This document shows positions 17,861 to 27,592 of a stretch of DNA of 50,485 nucleotides, in pieces. Every line of letters begins with the position of its first letter. Positions within the stretch are counted from its first letter, which is position 1. The stretch comes from a virus. The notes under the pieces are model-generated. The model saw only the letters and a list, made by a program, of their open reading frames with translations, did no database searches and was not told the DNA's origin. Position numbers and translations under genes: made by a program. Where the stretch lies: positions 1 to 50,485 of IMG/VR virus record IMGVR_UViG_3300023284_000253; one strand, written 5' to 3'.

Positions 17861-18997
17861 CTATGCTCCAACAACAAAACCACGCAAACGCCTAACCCTT
17901 GCCACACAATCTGCGGGAAACAAAGGAATAGATATCAAAGTACCAACATTTGAGGTGTCGGTATAAGCCAACATGTACAACACATCACTAATCTTGACCA
18001 TCGAGTTATGGTTGCCAAGGGAGGCATCGTGCTCCCAGTCATCTATGTTAGCGATGTTGTCGAAATTAGAATCCATACTCAGCGTCTGCACATGCCCTTT
18101 AAGTCCCTTAGAATGGGCCACAATTAAGTGCGTAGAGTCAATTAACACTAACGAATTATGGTTAGCATTATCCGTTTCATAATTCAACGAATCAACCAGA
18201 GTTATAGTGGCTCCAGCAGTAGTAAAGCTAAACGTCTTCATGAAGCCTTCATTTGTAGGACTCGTATACGCAAGTGCGACATGCGTTTCGTCTATCTTCA
18301 CCAACGAATTCCATAGAGCCCCCACAGTATCGTGCTCAAGAGAATCTACCTCAGCGATAGTATCTGCGGTGCCAGTATCAACAGTGAAAGTTTTGAGGAA
18401 CCCGTCACCGTCCACGCCCGTAAAGGCTAATGCAAAAAGGGTATCATCTTTAATCAATGCCAATGAGTTATAGCTCACAGGTCCTGTAGTTTCATGCTCC
18501 AGGGTATCCACCAATGTGATATTATCAGCGGTGCCGCTATCAAAAGAGAAAGTCTTAATGAACCCATCGTCAGTTGTCCCGGCATAAGCTACGGCAGCAG
18601 TCGTCGCACTAAGCACTATAGATGACGTCCAAGCCCCATCGGCGGTCTCAAACTCAAACGTGTCAACCAGCGAAATAACAAACGATCCATCGATGGAGAA
18701 TGTCTTAATAAATCCATCTCCCGACGCCGTATCTGAATATGAAAGAAAAAAATGCGTAGAATCAATCAGGGCTAGAGAGCAATGAATAGTATCTACGGTA
18801 CTGAATTCCAACTGATTCAAAGACGTGACAGTTCGGCCTTTGGAGTCAAACGAAAAAGTTTCGATAAACCCATCCGAGGAAACTCCCGCGTATGCTACTA
18901 TAACATGTGTGCCATCAATCTTGACCATCGAATTCCATGCGTTAGCACTAGCGGCAAAAACTAAACTGGATGAAGTTGGAATTTCATATTCTGCCAT
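17861..18997 (-). CDS. seven-repeat (beta-propeller-like) protein, 378 aa
   Basis: Seven ~52-aa repeats with the pattern NS(L/M)V.ID.TH...AY....DGF(I/L/M)KTFS(F/V)D...I..VD.LE(H/F)(E/D)T. Confidence 0.8.
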   Translation of the reverse strand: MAEYEIPTSSSLVFAASANAWNSMVKIDGTHVIVAYAGVSSDGFIETFSFDSKGRTVTSLNQLEFSTVDTIHCSLALIDSTHFFLSYSDTASGDGFIKTFSIDGSFVISLVDTFEFETADGAWTSSIVLSATTAAVAYAGTTDDGFIKTFSFDSGTADNITLVDTLEHETTGPVSYNSLALIKDDTLFALAFTGVDGDGFLKTFTVDTGTADTIAEVDSLEHDTVGALWNSLVKIDETHVALAYTSPTNEGFMKTFSFTTAGATITLVDSLNYETDNANHNSLVLIDSTHLIVAHSKGLKGHVQTLSMDSNFDNIANIDDWEHDASLGNHNSMVKISDVLYMLAYTDTSNVGTLISIPLFPADCVARVRRLRGFVVGA

Positions 18998-19005
18998 CTT
19001 TACCT

Positions 19006-19548
19006 CTATCTATGTGTGCTATTAGCCGTTGTAGACCCATTAAAATTATCATAATCAGACAACGTAAGAGTAGCAGATCCACCCCCATGAGCTGTGTCAT
19101 CTAAAGTTACCTTATCCACAGCAGGATCAAAATATGAAGCCGCCACAATCGTTCGGGCATCAAACTCCGCCACTGTGGGGATATCCGCAACATCCGTAGG
19201 AAGATTAGCAGCGTCCAATTCGGCCAGCCGAGCCTCCGTACATACGGAAGCCAATGCAGCATCCAGCACAGTATACAACGCAGGTGGAGCACCAACCACC
19301 TGTATATCCGCTGTTGTACTTTCAGCCGCAATCAAAATATTATCAGCATTACTCTCAGCCTGAGTTATATCAAACACATAATACCCATCTTCAAGCTCAG
19401 TTGGATTTGTGTCATCAATCGCATTAGCCGCCCCACCATCTAGACGCAGATTACCTGTAATATTAGCCGCATCCCCCGTAGTGGGCGTATTATCTGTCCT
19501 TTTAAAGGCGAATACCACCCATTTTTGACTCGCTACATTCTTTTGCAT
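19006..19548 (-). CDS. fibre/adaptor-like protein, paralog of 17389..17859
   Basis: Track ORF. N-terminal ~90 aa and the central CTEARLAELDAANLPTD are shared with the paralog; about 80 percent DNA identity over ~40 nt. Confidence 0.75.
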   Translation of the reverse strand: MQKNVASQKWVVFAFKRTDNTPTTGDAANITGNLRLDGGAANAIDDTNPTELEDGYYVFDITQAESNADNILIAAESTTADIQVVGAPPALYTVLDAALASVCTEARLAELDAANLPTDVADIPTVAEFDARTIVAASYFDPAVDKVTLDDTAHGGGSATLTLSDYDNFNGSTTANSTHR

Positions 19549-19552
19549 ATAA

Positions 19553-20314
19553 CTATCCAGCCATCAATTGGTAATACATTGCCGGTGTTATCCCTGCTGA
19601 CGCTGCGGCTACTGCCGTCCAAAACTCTATTGGATCTTTGCGAAAGTACCAAAAGGAATCATTGTAGAGTTGTTGAATTTCACCAGAAGTTAAAGCTATG
19701 CTGTAGACTTTCAAATTCTCAATTTCACCGGATAAGAATCTAGATCCATTAAAACCCTCACCAATAAACATTGAAGTATCACCATCATTAGGAGCTAATG
19801 GGGTTACAGCATCAGCTTCAAACTGACCATCAACATAGATTTTCGTGTTTACCCCATCATATACACCTACTACATGATACCATCTATCCACAACTGGAAT
19901 TGTAGCGGAGAAAGCTGCATTATTGTCTGCTGTACCTCCTGTGTAGAATCTAAATTCCTCGAACTCCTCATTATTAACCATCCAAAAATCTATTGTCGTT
20001 GTATCAGTCCGCTTATAAGTTATGTCAGCAGTATCCGCCGAAAGTGTATTAAATTTCAACCAAACACTAACCGACACAAGCCCACCTAGACTAAACGTAG
20101 TTGTACTAACGGCATCGTTAACTCCGTCAAACGAGATAGCCGGACCGTTTCTACCAGAAACCCACGCAGTCTCTGCGATAAACGTCCCCGTATTCCCATT
20201 CCCACTGGAATCCTGTATTATACTTCCCCCGCCCTCATTCATCACATAGTCAGCAACAAGCCCATCAGGATAGACGACAGGCAACTCGCCAAGTAGCGGT
20301 TTATCAATCAACAT
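19553..20314 (-). CDS. LamG (concanavalin A-like lectin) domain protein
   Basis: DSSGNGNTGTF...GPAISFDGVND...VSVWLKF...WYHVVGVYDG...IYVDG...GEIENLKVYSIALTSGEIQQLY is the typical Laminin_G_3 pattern. Confidence 0.75.
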   Translation of the reverse strand: MLIDKPLLGELPVVYPDGLVADYVMNEGGGSIIQDSSGNGNTGTFIAETAWVSGRNGPAISFDGVNDAVSTTTFSLGGLVSVSVWLKFNTLSADTADITYKRTDTTTIDFWMVNNEEFEEFRFYTGGTADNNAAFSATIPVVDRWYHVVGVYDGVNTKIYVDGQFEADAVTPLAPNDGDTSMFIGEGFNGSRFLSGEIENLKVYSIALTSGEIQQLYNDSFWYFRKDPIEFWTAVAAASAGITPAMYYQLMAG

Positions 20315-20320
20315 AAGTCA

Positions 20321-20962
20321 TCACCCAATAGATGTGACCTTGGTAATCCTGGCTCGACAAAACACTGTTGATCCATCGGGGTCAAAGTTATTGTTGTATA
20401 AGATACGCACACGGTCGTCAGTGCTTAAAAGAGGCACATCCACTTGACTGACAACTTCCGTCACAGCGTTATCGATGTCCCATAGAATCGAACCTGTATT
20501 TTGCTCATGTGCCAGACCACCACGGCCAATTGTAACAGTATCGCCAGCGTCTCCACTGTTAGCAGTTTGATAAACAATCTCAGAGTTAGCTTCAGTTCCA
20601 GTATCTTCAATGAACTTAAATTTCTTGTCATTGTCCATGTTAGCTGTCACAGGATTTGTAACTGCAATGACTGTTTCACCAATCGGTTCCGTTGCATCAA
20701 GAGCAAGTGTCACTGCCGTTCCAACACAGCATATATAGAATCTTCGCACGCTCCAATTATCGGTAGCGTCACTCGTGTCTGTACCCACTTCAACAATAAC
20801 TTCAGTGCCTGTGTGGGCTGTTGTAGAGGACAGGGCTACATCAATATGCAAAGTAGCAGCAATGGAATCAGCTACGTTTATAATAGCCCCTTCTCGTAAG
20901 CCTGCTTGAGCCACCTCAGCCCACGCATCGACCTCCGTGGTAGTTTTTGTTGCGGTTGCCAT
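20321..20962 (-). CDS. hypothetical structural protein (213 aa)
   Basis: Track ORF; T/A/V-rich, beta-type composition; operon packing. Confidence 0.75.
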   Translation of the reverse strand: MATATKTTTEVDAWAEVAQAGLREGAIINVADSIAATLHIDVALSSTTAHTGTEVIVEVGTDTSDATDNWSVRRFYICCVGTAVTLALDATEPIGETVIAVTNPVTANMDNDKKFKFIEDTGTEANSEIVYQTANSGDAGDTVTIGRGGLAHEQNTGSILWDIDNAVTEVVSQVDVPLLSTDDRVRILYNNNFDPDGSTVFCRARITKVTSIG

Positions 20963-21234
20963 TATTCACGCCCTTCTAAATCAGCCTTTAGAATTGCCTC
21001 TCTATTCGTAACAAAGACACTAGTAGACACAGCAAAAGCTTCATCGGCCTGAAATTTAGCCCAAAGTTCCTCAGCTACAGCATCACCTTCCGACACCGTC
21101 TGAATCCTAGCTAGTGCAACCACATACGTTCTAGGATTAGTAGGATTGGCACTATCAACACGAGTTGCGGAGATAGACGCCGTAAACTTAGATGTATCTA
21201 TTGGTGTAATAACCGTAGTCCATGTAATTGCCAT
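20962..21234 (-). CDS. hypothetical structural protein (90 aa)
   Basis: Track ORF; 1-nt overlap downstream. Confidence 0.7.
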   Translation of the reverse strand: MAITWTTVITPIDTSKFTASISATRVDSANPTNPRTYVVALARIQTVSEGDAVAEELWAKFQADEAFAVSTSVFVTNREAILKADLEGRE

Positions 21235-21235
21235 A

Positions 21236-21763
21236 TCAATATCCAGTCACCTGAACCCTAAGAGTTGAACTAGCCACCAAAGTAGTCGCCAAAAACAACA
21301 ACTTAGAATAACCGGCAAGCTCAACTGCCACCCTAGCAATACGATTATTCCCAGAATCAATCAACCCCGCTGACTTAGGCAAACCCTCAACCGCATTTGT
21401 TATGGTGTCTACAAAAAACAACGAATTATCAGCCTCCTGAGTACCACCCGTCAGAGTCAACTGATTCAACATCGTAAAGTGATCCTCACCTCTAGCACCC
21501 CACGTTTCAAGAACCTGAGAATCACCATCAGCCGTTGTCTGAAACCGTAGCTCAAGCGTGTTTACATACTTGCCCACGTTGTAGTACAAATAAGTATTCG
21601 TAGACGTAGCAGCAGGCGGGAAGTACTGATCCACGTCATCCCACGCCCTAGCCGTCACCGCCAAAGTAGTGCCCTGCACAGTAATGTCCGTTTTTAAAGT
21701 CCGCCAGAGTTCATGGACCGTTCTAAGTGAGTTGGAAAGTGAATTAACAGGCGGTGTCGCCAT
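21236..21763 (-). CDS. hypothetical structural protein (175 aa)
   Basis: Track ORF; operon packing. Confidence 0.75.
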   Translation of the reverse strand: MATPPVNSLSNSLRTVHELWRTLKTDITVQGTTLAVTARAWDDVDQYFPPAATSTNTYLYYNVGKYVNTLELRFQTTADGDSQVLETWGARGEDHFTMLNQLTLTGGTQEADNSLFFVDTITNAVEGLPKSAGLIDSGNNRIARVAVELAGYSKLLFLATTLVASSTLRVQVTGY

Positions 21764-21772
21764 TATATTCTC

Positions 21773-22045
21773 CTAACTAGTTACCTTTTTACTTCTGTTA
21801 AAAGGCCGCAACCATTTCAACAACCAAGACCACCGACTAGGTTTAGACTGAGCAACTTGAACAGCCGCCTCAGCCAAAGCCGATTTCACAACACTAGTAC
21901 CTAATACCGCCGAAGCACGATCAAACTCATCCTTGGCAGTATCCACAGCAGACTGGGCTGAACGACGAAGAACCAAACACTCGGCTACCCGTCTATCACG
22001 CTCACTCTTTTTACTAGACTTTGCATAAACCAAATGGTCTTCCAT
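21773..22045 (-). CDS. hypothetical protein (90 aa)
   Basis: Track ORF; helical, basic C-terminus. Confidence 0.65.
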   Translation of the reverse strand: MEDHLVYAKSSKKSERDRRVAECLVLRRSAQSAVDTAKDEFDRASAVLGTSVVKSALAEAAVQVAQSKPSRWSWLLKWLRPFNRSKKVTS

Positions 22046-22057
22046 GTCAACTCCCTA

Positions 22058-22417
22058 TTAGGTAGTAACTTCGTCAGCCGAAACCCAACCAACAACCGAA
22101 CCCAACCACTTCAAGATTACATAATCAGAAGCAGCCGTAAGACTAAAATCAGGTCCCGTAGTTGTAGTCACAGTAACAGTCTCATTACTGCCCTCTGTCT
22201 CAAACACAATAGCCACGGTCTGACCAACAGATACACCATTGGGCACCGTGACAGTGTAGTTACCGTTAGCAACAGTGCTCTCGCACATAACAGAGCTGTC
22301 AACAATAAAGCTATCTCCAGGTAAACCAACCCGAACAGTGTACGTATTAGTAATATTAACTTCGTTTAAGATACCTGCCCGTGCCATGTCATACAGGATG
22401 TTACCAGTTGCACTCAT
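22058..22417 (-). CDS. hypothetical structural protein (119 aa)
   Basis: Track ORF; beta-rich (TVTVPNGVSVGQTVAIVFETEG). Confidence 0.7.
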   Translation of the reverse strand: MSATGNILYDMARAGILNEVNITNTYTVRVGLPGDSFIVDSSVMCESTVANGNYTVTVPNGVSVGQTVAIVFETEGSNETVTVTTTTGPDFSLTAASDYVILKWLGSVVGWVSADEVTT

Positions 22418-22484
22418 AATCTATCCTCACTTAGTTTCAATGTTTAAATTTAACTCCATACACCGTGAACACTTCTTCCTTATG

Positions 22485-23261
22485 CTAATGTGCTCCTTCT
22501 CCAAGCCAGATATTATTTATGTCAATCGTAGACGCATCATACGGATTAACAATACGAGGCTGCCTTCTATGAAGATTACCTATCGTTGTATCCTCATCTC
22601 TTGAACTATCAGATGCAATTAGCTCCTGAACCAACCTATCAGCCAACTGAGTGTGTATATCAAGCTTATCATCATCCTGCTGTTCAGCCGCCGCAAGACA
22701 ACTCTCTAGAATCGCCTCACACGCTCGTACACCTCCGACCAAAAACTCAGTTGTGACATCTGGCTTCAAAGGATCAATTCTAATAAAAAACTTAAACTCA
22801 TACGACGTACTACCTGGCGTAGGATACAACCACATCTCATCATACTGCCCGGTCAAGTTATTAGTACCAGTCGGCACAACAGCATAAAAATATGGAAAAG
22901 ACGAAAAAGATCCTGACGATCGCATGTCCAAAATCTGCTGCGGTGTTCGTTTTTCCAACGCAAGTTTGTATTCATCCTCACCATAAACCGGACGTGTAAC
23001 AATCTCAGCAAAGTTCTCCGGCATCTGATACTGCCACTTACCGTTCTCCGATACAACAGTGTAAAGATCTCTCAAAAACGTCCAGTCGTATGCCTGTCCA
23101 GTACGCAGATCAACAGGGTACAAAAACCTCCTATACCCACGAGCTACAATATCTTTCACAGTCGTAAGATCAGTTCCAGTGGGCACCGTGTTATCGGTAT
23201 ACCCCAAGAAATCACTCACCCGCAAAATCAAATCATTAACAGTAAGCCTCAACGTCGGCAT
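22485..23261 (-). CDS. head-tail connector/adaptor candidate (258 aa)
   Basis: Track ORF. The functional guess rests only on its position downstream of the capsid genes. Confidence 0.4.
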   Translation of the reverse strand: MPTLRLTVNDLILRVSDFLGYTDNTVPTGTDLTTVKDIVARGYRRFLYPVDLRTGQAYDWTFLRDLYTVVSENGKWQYQMPENFAEIVTRPVYGEDEYKLALEKRTPQQILDMRSSGSFSSFPYFYAVVPTGTNNLTGQYDEMWLYPTPGSTSYEFKFFIRIDPLKPDVTTEFLVGGVRACEAILESCLAAAEQQDDDKLDIHTQLADRLVQELIASDSSRDEDTTIGNLHRRQPRIVNPYDASTIDINNIWLGEGAH

Positions 23262-23311
23262 TAGTAGGGTCTCCGTGGCCTAGGCTTAGATTTAGGTTTT
23301 CTCTTTGCCAT
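23261..23311 (-). CDS. candidate 16-aa K/R/P-rich micropeptide (MAKRKPKSKPRPRRPY)
   Basis: Hand-read. Consensus AGGAGG lies 6 nt upstream of the ATG; TAATG stop-start overlap with the next gene. Confidence 0.25.
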   Translation of the reverse strand: MAKRKPKSKPRPRRPY

Positions 23312-23325
23312 TCTTAACCTCCTGA

Positions 23326-23700
23326 TCAGGTCGTACCCACCAATAAGTACTCGATCTTCGCCGCTTCCGCCGCGCCAGCATTCTTCCAGTGAATTATCCC
23401 ACTCGGATTCGGTATCACCGCTGCGGGCTCGCCGGCCTTAATCCTAAAATCAGCATTAAACGTGGTAATAAAATCAAGATCCACATCCACATCAAAACTG
23501 ATAGCTTTAATAACCAGCAACGTCTCGACCGCCACGTCACCAAGATCCAAAGCCTCGTCCGTATCAGCAACAGCAATAGTTCTATAATTATAAGTAGCCG
23601 CAGTTGGAGTTGTACCGTCGTCAGCACGATCAGAAAACTCTTGACGCTTACCAAGTCCTTCCATCACTGCTATAATATTAACAGTCGCTAATGCCGCCAT
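23326..23700 (-). CDS. hypothetical structural protein (124 aa)
   Basis: Track ORF; first gene after the terminator at 23773-23812. Confidence 0.7.
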   Translation of the reverse strand: MAALATVNIIAVMEGLGKRQEFSDRADDGTTPTAATYNYRTIAVADTDEALDLGDVAVETLLVIKAISFDVDVDLDFITTFNADFRIKAGEPAAVIPNPSGIIHWKNAGAAEAAKIEYLLVGTT

Positions 23701-23772
23701 CTACCACTCCAAAATTAGATACCGGGGAATCCTTTCCCTCAGCATCAAGAGGAGACAAGATCTTCCATCACC

Positions 23773-23812
23773 TCACACAAAAACAAGGACGGTGACCCAA
23801 TTGCCACCGTCC
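23773..23812 (-). terminator. Rho-independent terminator after the 430-aa gene
   Basis: Perfect 8-bp stem GGACGGTG/CACCGTCC (23787-23794 / 23805-23812), followed on the minus strand by TTGTTTTTGTGTG. Confidence 0.7.
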
Positions 23813-23822
23813 AAACAACCGC

Positions 23823-25115
23823 TTAGGAAGCGGATTGATAAGCTCTAATCCAGTCAACAGTGACCGTAAAATCAGCCGCATTCGCACTCTTGTGATAAAT
23901 AACCGGCACAAGAACAGACGTAGTCGGAAAGTCAGCCGCAGCAATGTTCACCGCACTTACCGCAGTTCCAGTAGACACACCGTTCACCCACATCTGAATG
24001 GTAGTACCGTTATAGTACATACCAACAACATCATAAGTATCAGCCACAGGAATAAAGATATTATCATCATGCTCATTCTGAGTCTGACTAGTCTCGTCAT
24101 AGATAAAGTCTACGGCATTACCGTCAGCTTCCTTCAACTGATAACCAATAGCCCCACCGTCAACCAACGCAGCCGCATCAGTAATCGAATCACCATCCAA
24201 AATACGAGGAATGGCCAAACCAATGAAATAATTACCACGGGTGTCCGTAAGGGTCGATTGTTTAATACTTGCCTCAAACGCCCAACTAGCTCCATCCATC
24301 TGAATAGGACAGGGCCACTGAACTTCAACAGCCTGATTATCCGTAGTACTAAACAAAATCAACTCACCATCAGCATCTCCACCAACACGAAGTCCCTCAG
24401 TCGGAGTCTTACCCGCAGCAGTAGCCGCATAAGTCGCATCCACGAAATTACTAGGTAACGCCTCACCATGAGTAAAGTCCGTCTCAAGCAGAGACCCATG
24501 AAACGGGTTCCGTCTAGCGGCATCCAAATCAAAATTATCCCAGATAGCAGCCGTAGGCAACGCCGTAGCAGCACGACCACGAGCCGAAGGTGCAGAACCA
24601 GCGACCTTAGTTCGAGTTAGCTGAACCAACACAATACCAGCAGTACTAGACCGATCAACCGTCTCCACCGCATAGCCAACAAACCCATCCTCAGTCTCAA
24701 TGGTAGTCACAGTAAAGGTAGCCGTCTCTAAATACAGTGGGTCCTTTGCAACAATGTTCCTATCCGTCCAAATGGGAACAATAGCACCGTCATACGATGG
24801 ATAAATCTCAATCTGAAGAACACCATCGGTGTCATTCACCCAATCACCAGGAGCTACAACCCCAGCAAAAAACTTAAAGTTCGCAGTCGCCGGAGTCTCA
24901 ACACGAAGATACTTACCTTCATTCTGCTCACCCTCAGCCGTAGTTCCCTGCTCAGTTGAAGCGGCCCCCGCCGTAGCCGGACCAAAACCAGTCCAGTTAT
25001 CCGTGGTGTCATAGTTGTAGCACACCGGATACCCAGCCTGCAACTGCGTAGTACTTTCATAATTAACACTAATCCGTTTAGCTTTCGGATCTAGCTTCCA
25101 AGTAGTTCTAGCCAT
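23823..25115 (-). CDS. abundant capsid-associated protein (430 aa) with jelly-roll/LamG-like C-terminal half
   Basis: Track ORF immediately after the capsid gene and before a strong terminator. The C-terminal part (WAFEASIK...YYNGTTIQMWVNG...FTVTVDWIRAY) looks lectin-fold-like. Function is inferred. Confidence 0.5.
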   Translation of the reverse strand: MARTTWKLDPKAKRISVNYESTTQLQAGYPVCYNYDTTDNWTGFGPATAGAASTEQGTTAEGEQNEGKYLRVETPATANFKFFAGVVAPGDWVNDTDGVLQIEIYPSYDGAIVPIWTDRNIVAKDPLYLETATFTVTTIETEDGFVGYAVETVDRSSTAGIVLVQLTRTKVAGSAPSARGRAATALPTAAIWDNFDLDAARRNPFHGSLLETDFTHGEALPSNFVDATYAATAAGKTPTEGLRVGGDADGELILFSTTDNQAVEVQWPCPIQMDGASWAFEASIKQSTLTDTRGNYFIGLAIPRILDGDSITDAAALVDGGAIGYQLKEADGNAVDFIYDETSQTQNEHDDNIFIPVADTYDVVGMYYNGTTIQMWVNGVSTGTAVSAVNIAAADFPTTSVLVPVIYHKSANAADFTVTVDWIRAYQSAS

Positions 25116-25145
25116 GTTCTATCCTTTCTTTATCAAAATCCACGA

Positions 25146-26252
25146 TTAGTTAGACGGATGGTTAGAAACGAGGAAACCACTTCTCGCTCTGTCGATTGAG
25201 AACATCTGACCAGCATAGTCAAGATACCATTGAGAAACTAGATGCCTCTCGAAGTCCTTCGCCTTAACAATCTTGAAATCCCATCCCTTAAGATAGGTTG
25301 GGAACAGTTCTGTCATGTTAATCCCGACGATGGGATCAGTACCGTATACAGAGGCATTAGCCGTATCAAGAATATCAACCCACACTAGCGGAATCGCACC
25401 CGGAACCTTAATGGGAGACAACGGGTAATACTGATTCATAGGCTGAGGCCCAACATGACTATTCAACTTAGCATACAACTGATTCAAAGTCAGCATCACA
25501 TTCTTGCTAGTAAACGTAGCATAACCCGTCTCAGGCACAGTCTTACCCGGAAGCATAACCGGAGGCTTAAAGTTAAGAGTCATCAACGCGTCGTTAATCA
25601 CACGCAGCAAAGTCTCATCAATTAGCCCAGCATGATCTGCATAGTACGAAGCAAACTCAGGGACAACCGTTGCACTTGAATTAAGACCACCAACATCAAA
25701 CGCAGCACCCGGAGTAGACCCATCGTTATAACGGCCCTGATACCCAGTAAAACCACCACTAGACCCCTGAGTGCCAAGAGTCAACCAGTTAAACACCGAA
25801 TACGGACTGGTATCATCATTAACAGACGCCAAACCCGACCACGTAGCAAGATGGATCTTATCAATAACCTCAGCCCTAGCCTTCTTCCACTGAAGCGAAA
25901 CCACGTCAAAAATCCGCTCCGGGTCCACGTTAGCCGAAGACTCGATGTCGTTAAACACCATGCCTCCGCTACAATGCTTGTACGTAGGAACATTATACTG
26001 CTTAGTAATGTTCTTTGCTACCAAGGTATCCTGAGCCCACTCACTAGCAAACTTCGCATTACCTACGGTTCCCGTAACCACAAAACCACGAAGTTCCTTA
26101 CCACTAACCTTCATAACGCCCGGAGCATAAAGCATATTAAAAGCCTCATACGTCCGATACGCATAACTCAATGGCGGTTCCTTAACCATGAACCGCTCCA
26201 AAGTACCATTGATAATATCTCGATTATCATTAAACAATGGTTCAGTAGCCAT
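25146..26252 (-). CDS. major capsid protein candidate (368 aa)
   Basis: Track ORF directly downstream of the acidic scaffold-like gene. Size and position are typical of HK97-fold capsid proteins; no motif proof. Confidence 0.6.
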   Translation of the reverse strand: MATEPLFNDNRDIINGTLERFMVKEPPLSYAYRTYEAFNMLYAPGVMKVSGKELRGFVVTGTVGNAKFASEWAQDTLVAKNITKQYNVPTYKHCSGGMVFNDIESSANVDPERIFDVVSLQWKKARAEVIDKIHLATWSGLASVNDDTSPYSVFNWLTLGTQGSSGGFTGYQGRYNDGSTPGAAFDVGGLNSSATVVPEFASYYADHAGLIDETLLRVINDALMTLNFKPPVMLPGKTVPETGYATFTSKNVMLTLNQLYAKLNSHVGPQPMNQYYPLSPIKVPGAIPLVWVDILDTANASVYGTDPIVGINMTELFPTYLKGWDFKIVKAKDFERHLVSQWYLDYAGQMFSIDRARSGFLVSNHPSN

Positions 26253-26288
26253 TATCCTTTTCCTTTCCTAGAGCCTTCCAGCTCACAC

Positions 26289-27170
26289 TCATTCCAAACC
26301 CATGGCCTTCATATCCTGCCGAATGCCGTCCAAGATCTCTTCACGGTCATCAGTAAACACCTTCTTGGTGGTCTTAGCCGTTCTTGCACCACTCAGCCGC
26401 TTAGATTGCCTATGCAAATCTTTGATCACACCCCGCTTAACTTCCGTCTCCAAATGTGTACCTTTGTACAAAGCAATCGCTTTGGACATGGCAACCTCGG
26501 TAGACAAGCCAGCATTCATAAAAATACGAGCATCATCAAACACCTCACTTCGGGCTTTTACTTCAGGAGAATTCGGAACCAACTGTCCCTTCAGCTTCCC
26601 ACTGGGAAACCTGGGCAGTTCCGAAAACTTCCCAAACACCGAGAACTCTTCACCGGCCTTATCGAACAACTCATTAGTTCGACGACCAAGTTCCTCGTCA
26701 CTTCGTTCTTTATCAACCTTCTTCTGGTCTTCCAGCATCTTCAACACTGGAGCCATTTCTTCTTTTATTCCCGCCTGCACTAACGCCTTAACATCAGCAG
26801 CGTCTTCCACAGATAGTTTTTCACCAGATTTAACCTCCTCGTCAACTTTCTCCTCCTCTTCCTCTTCTTCATCCCCTTTCATAGCATCCTGTATACTAGG
26901 GATCAACTCCAACAACTCTTCATTACTTCTACCCGCAGCAAACTCCACAATATCATCTTTAGTAAAGTTTGCTTCCAAAGCAACAGACGTAAACTCATCG
27001 GGTATGTCCGAGTCCTCAACTTCTTCCTTGCCCTCAACCACATCTTCCTCTGGTACAACCGCTTTCAAATCGTCAGCAATACCTTCAAGAATCTCTTCTC
27101 GATCATCAGTCGGCTTAGACTCATCAACAACCTCTTCCACCACTTCTTCCGTTTCAAGTTTATCCGACAT
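26289..27170 (-). CDS. scaffolding protein candidate (293 aa, very acidic)
   Basis: E/D/K-rich helical sequence upstream of the capsid gene. The motif DDREEIL(E/D)GI..D(L/M)KA occurs near both termini. Confidence 0.6.
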   Translation of the reverse strand: MSDKLETEEVVEEVVDESKPTDDREEILEGIADDLKAVVPEEDVVEGKEEVEDSDIPDEFTSVALEANFTKDDIVEFAAGRSNEELLELIPSIQDAMKGDEEEEEEEKVDEEVKSGEKLSVEDAADVKALVQAGIKEEMAPVLKMLEDQKKVDKERSDEELGRRTNELFDKAGEEFSVFGKFSELPRFPSGKLKGQLVPNSPEVKARSEVFDDARIFMNAGLSTEVAMSKAIALYKGTHLETEVKRGVIKDLHRQSKRLSGARTAKTTKKVFTDDREEILDGIRQDMKAMGLE

Positions 27171-27579
27171 GGTTGTCTCCTACTTTTTTTTGAGGACTTT
27201 CAGACACCATCACAGCAGGAACTGATTCCGTCTCCACCACTCCCTCAACCTCAACCAGATCAACATTGGACTCTGTAGGAGCAGGGTCCTTCCATATATC
27301 CTCCAACGCAGTAATCCTAGACTCAAGAACGTCCAAACCCACAACCGGAGCACTTTCCAACCTCTCAACCCTTACCATCGTTCCCTCAACCCTCACCACC
27401 AACTCATTATACACCTTAACGTCCACATACTCATGGGCCGGATACAAATCAGGATTAGACTCCTTTAACAGCTTCTCTCGGTCACCCTCCTGACCATACT
27501 CAGCATGACATTTGTGACATCGATGACCTGTCATCCATTGCTTCTCAAACCTGGCCTTACACATCGTGCATTGAAACAT
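27160..27579 (-). CDS. zinc-ribbon protein (139 aa)
   Basis: N-terminus MFQCTMCKARFEKQWMTGHRCHKCHAEY (CxxC...CxxC). Confidence 0.65.
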   Translation of the reverse strand: MFQCTMCKARFEKQWMTGHRCHKCHAEYGQEGDREKLLKESNPDLYPAHEYVDVKVYNELVVRVEGTMVRVERLESAPVVGLDVLESRITALEDIWKDPAPTESNVDLVEVEGVVETESVPAVMVSESPQKKVGDNHVG

Positions 27580-27592
27580 AATCTATCTCCTC

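Noticed and set aside
26302-27225. 307-aa plus-strand ORF (Ser-rich), and the 310-aa ORF 25851..26783, antisense to the scaffold and capsid genes.
   Set aside because: Both are low-complexity shadows of GAA/GAG-rich minus-strand genes. They have no SD and they break the otherwise uniform minus-strand operon. The same reasoning applies to 23835..24458, 10501..10938, 8998..9375, 11366..11788 and the other antisense ORFs inside long genes.
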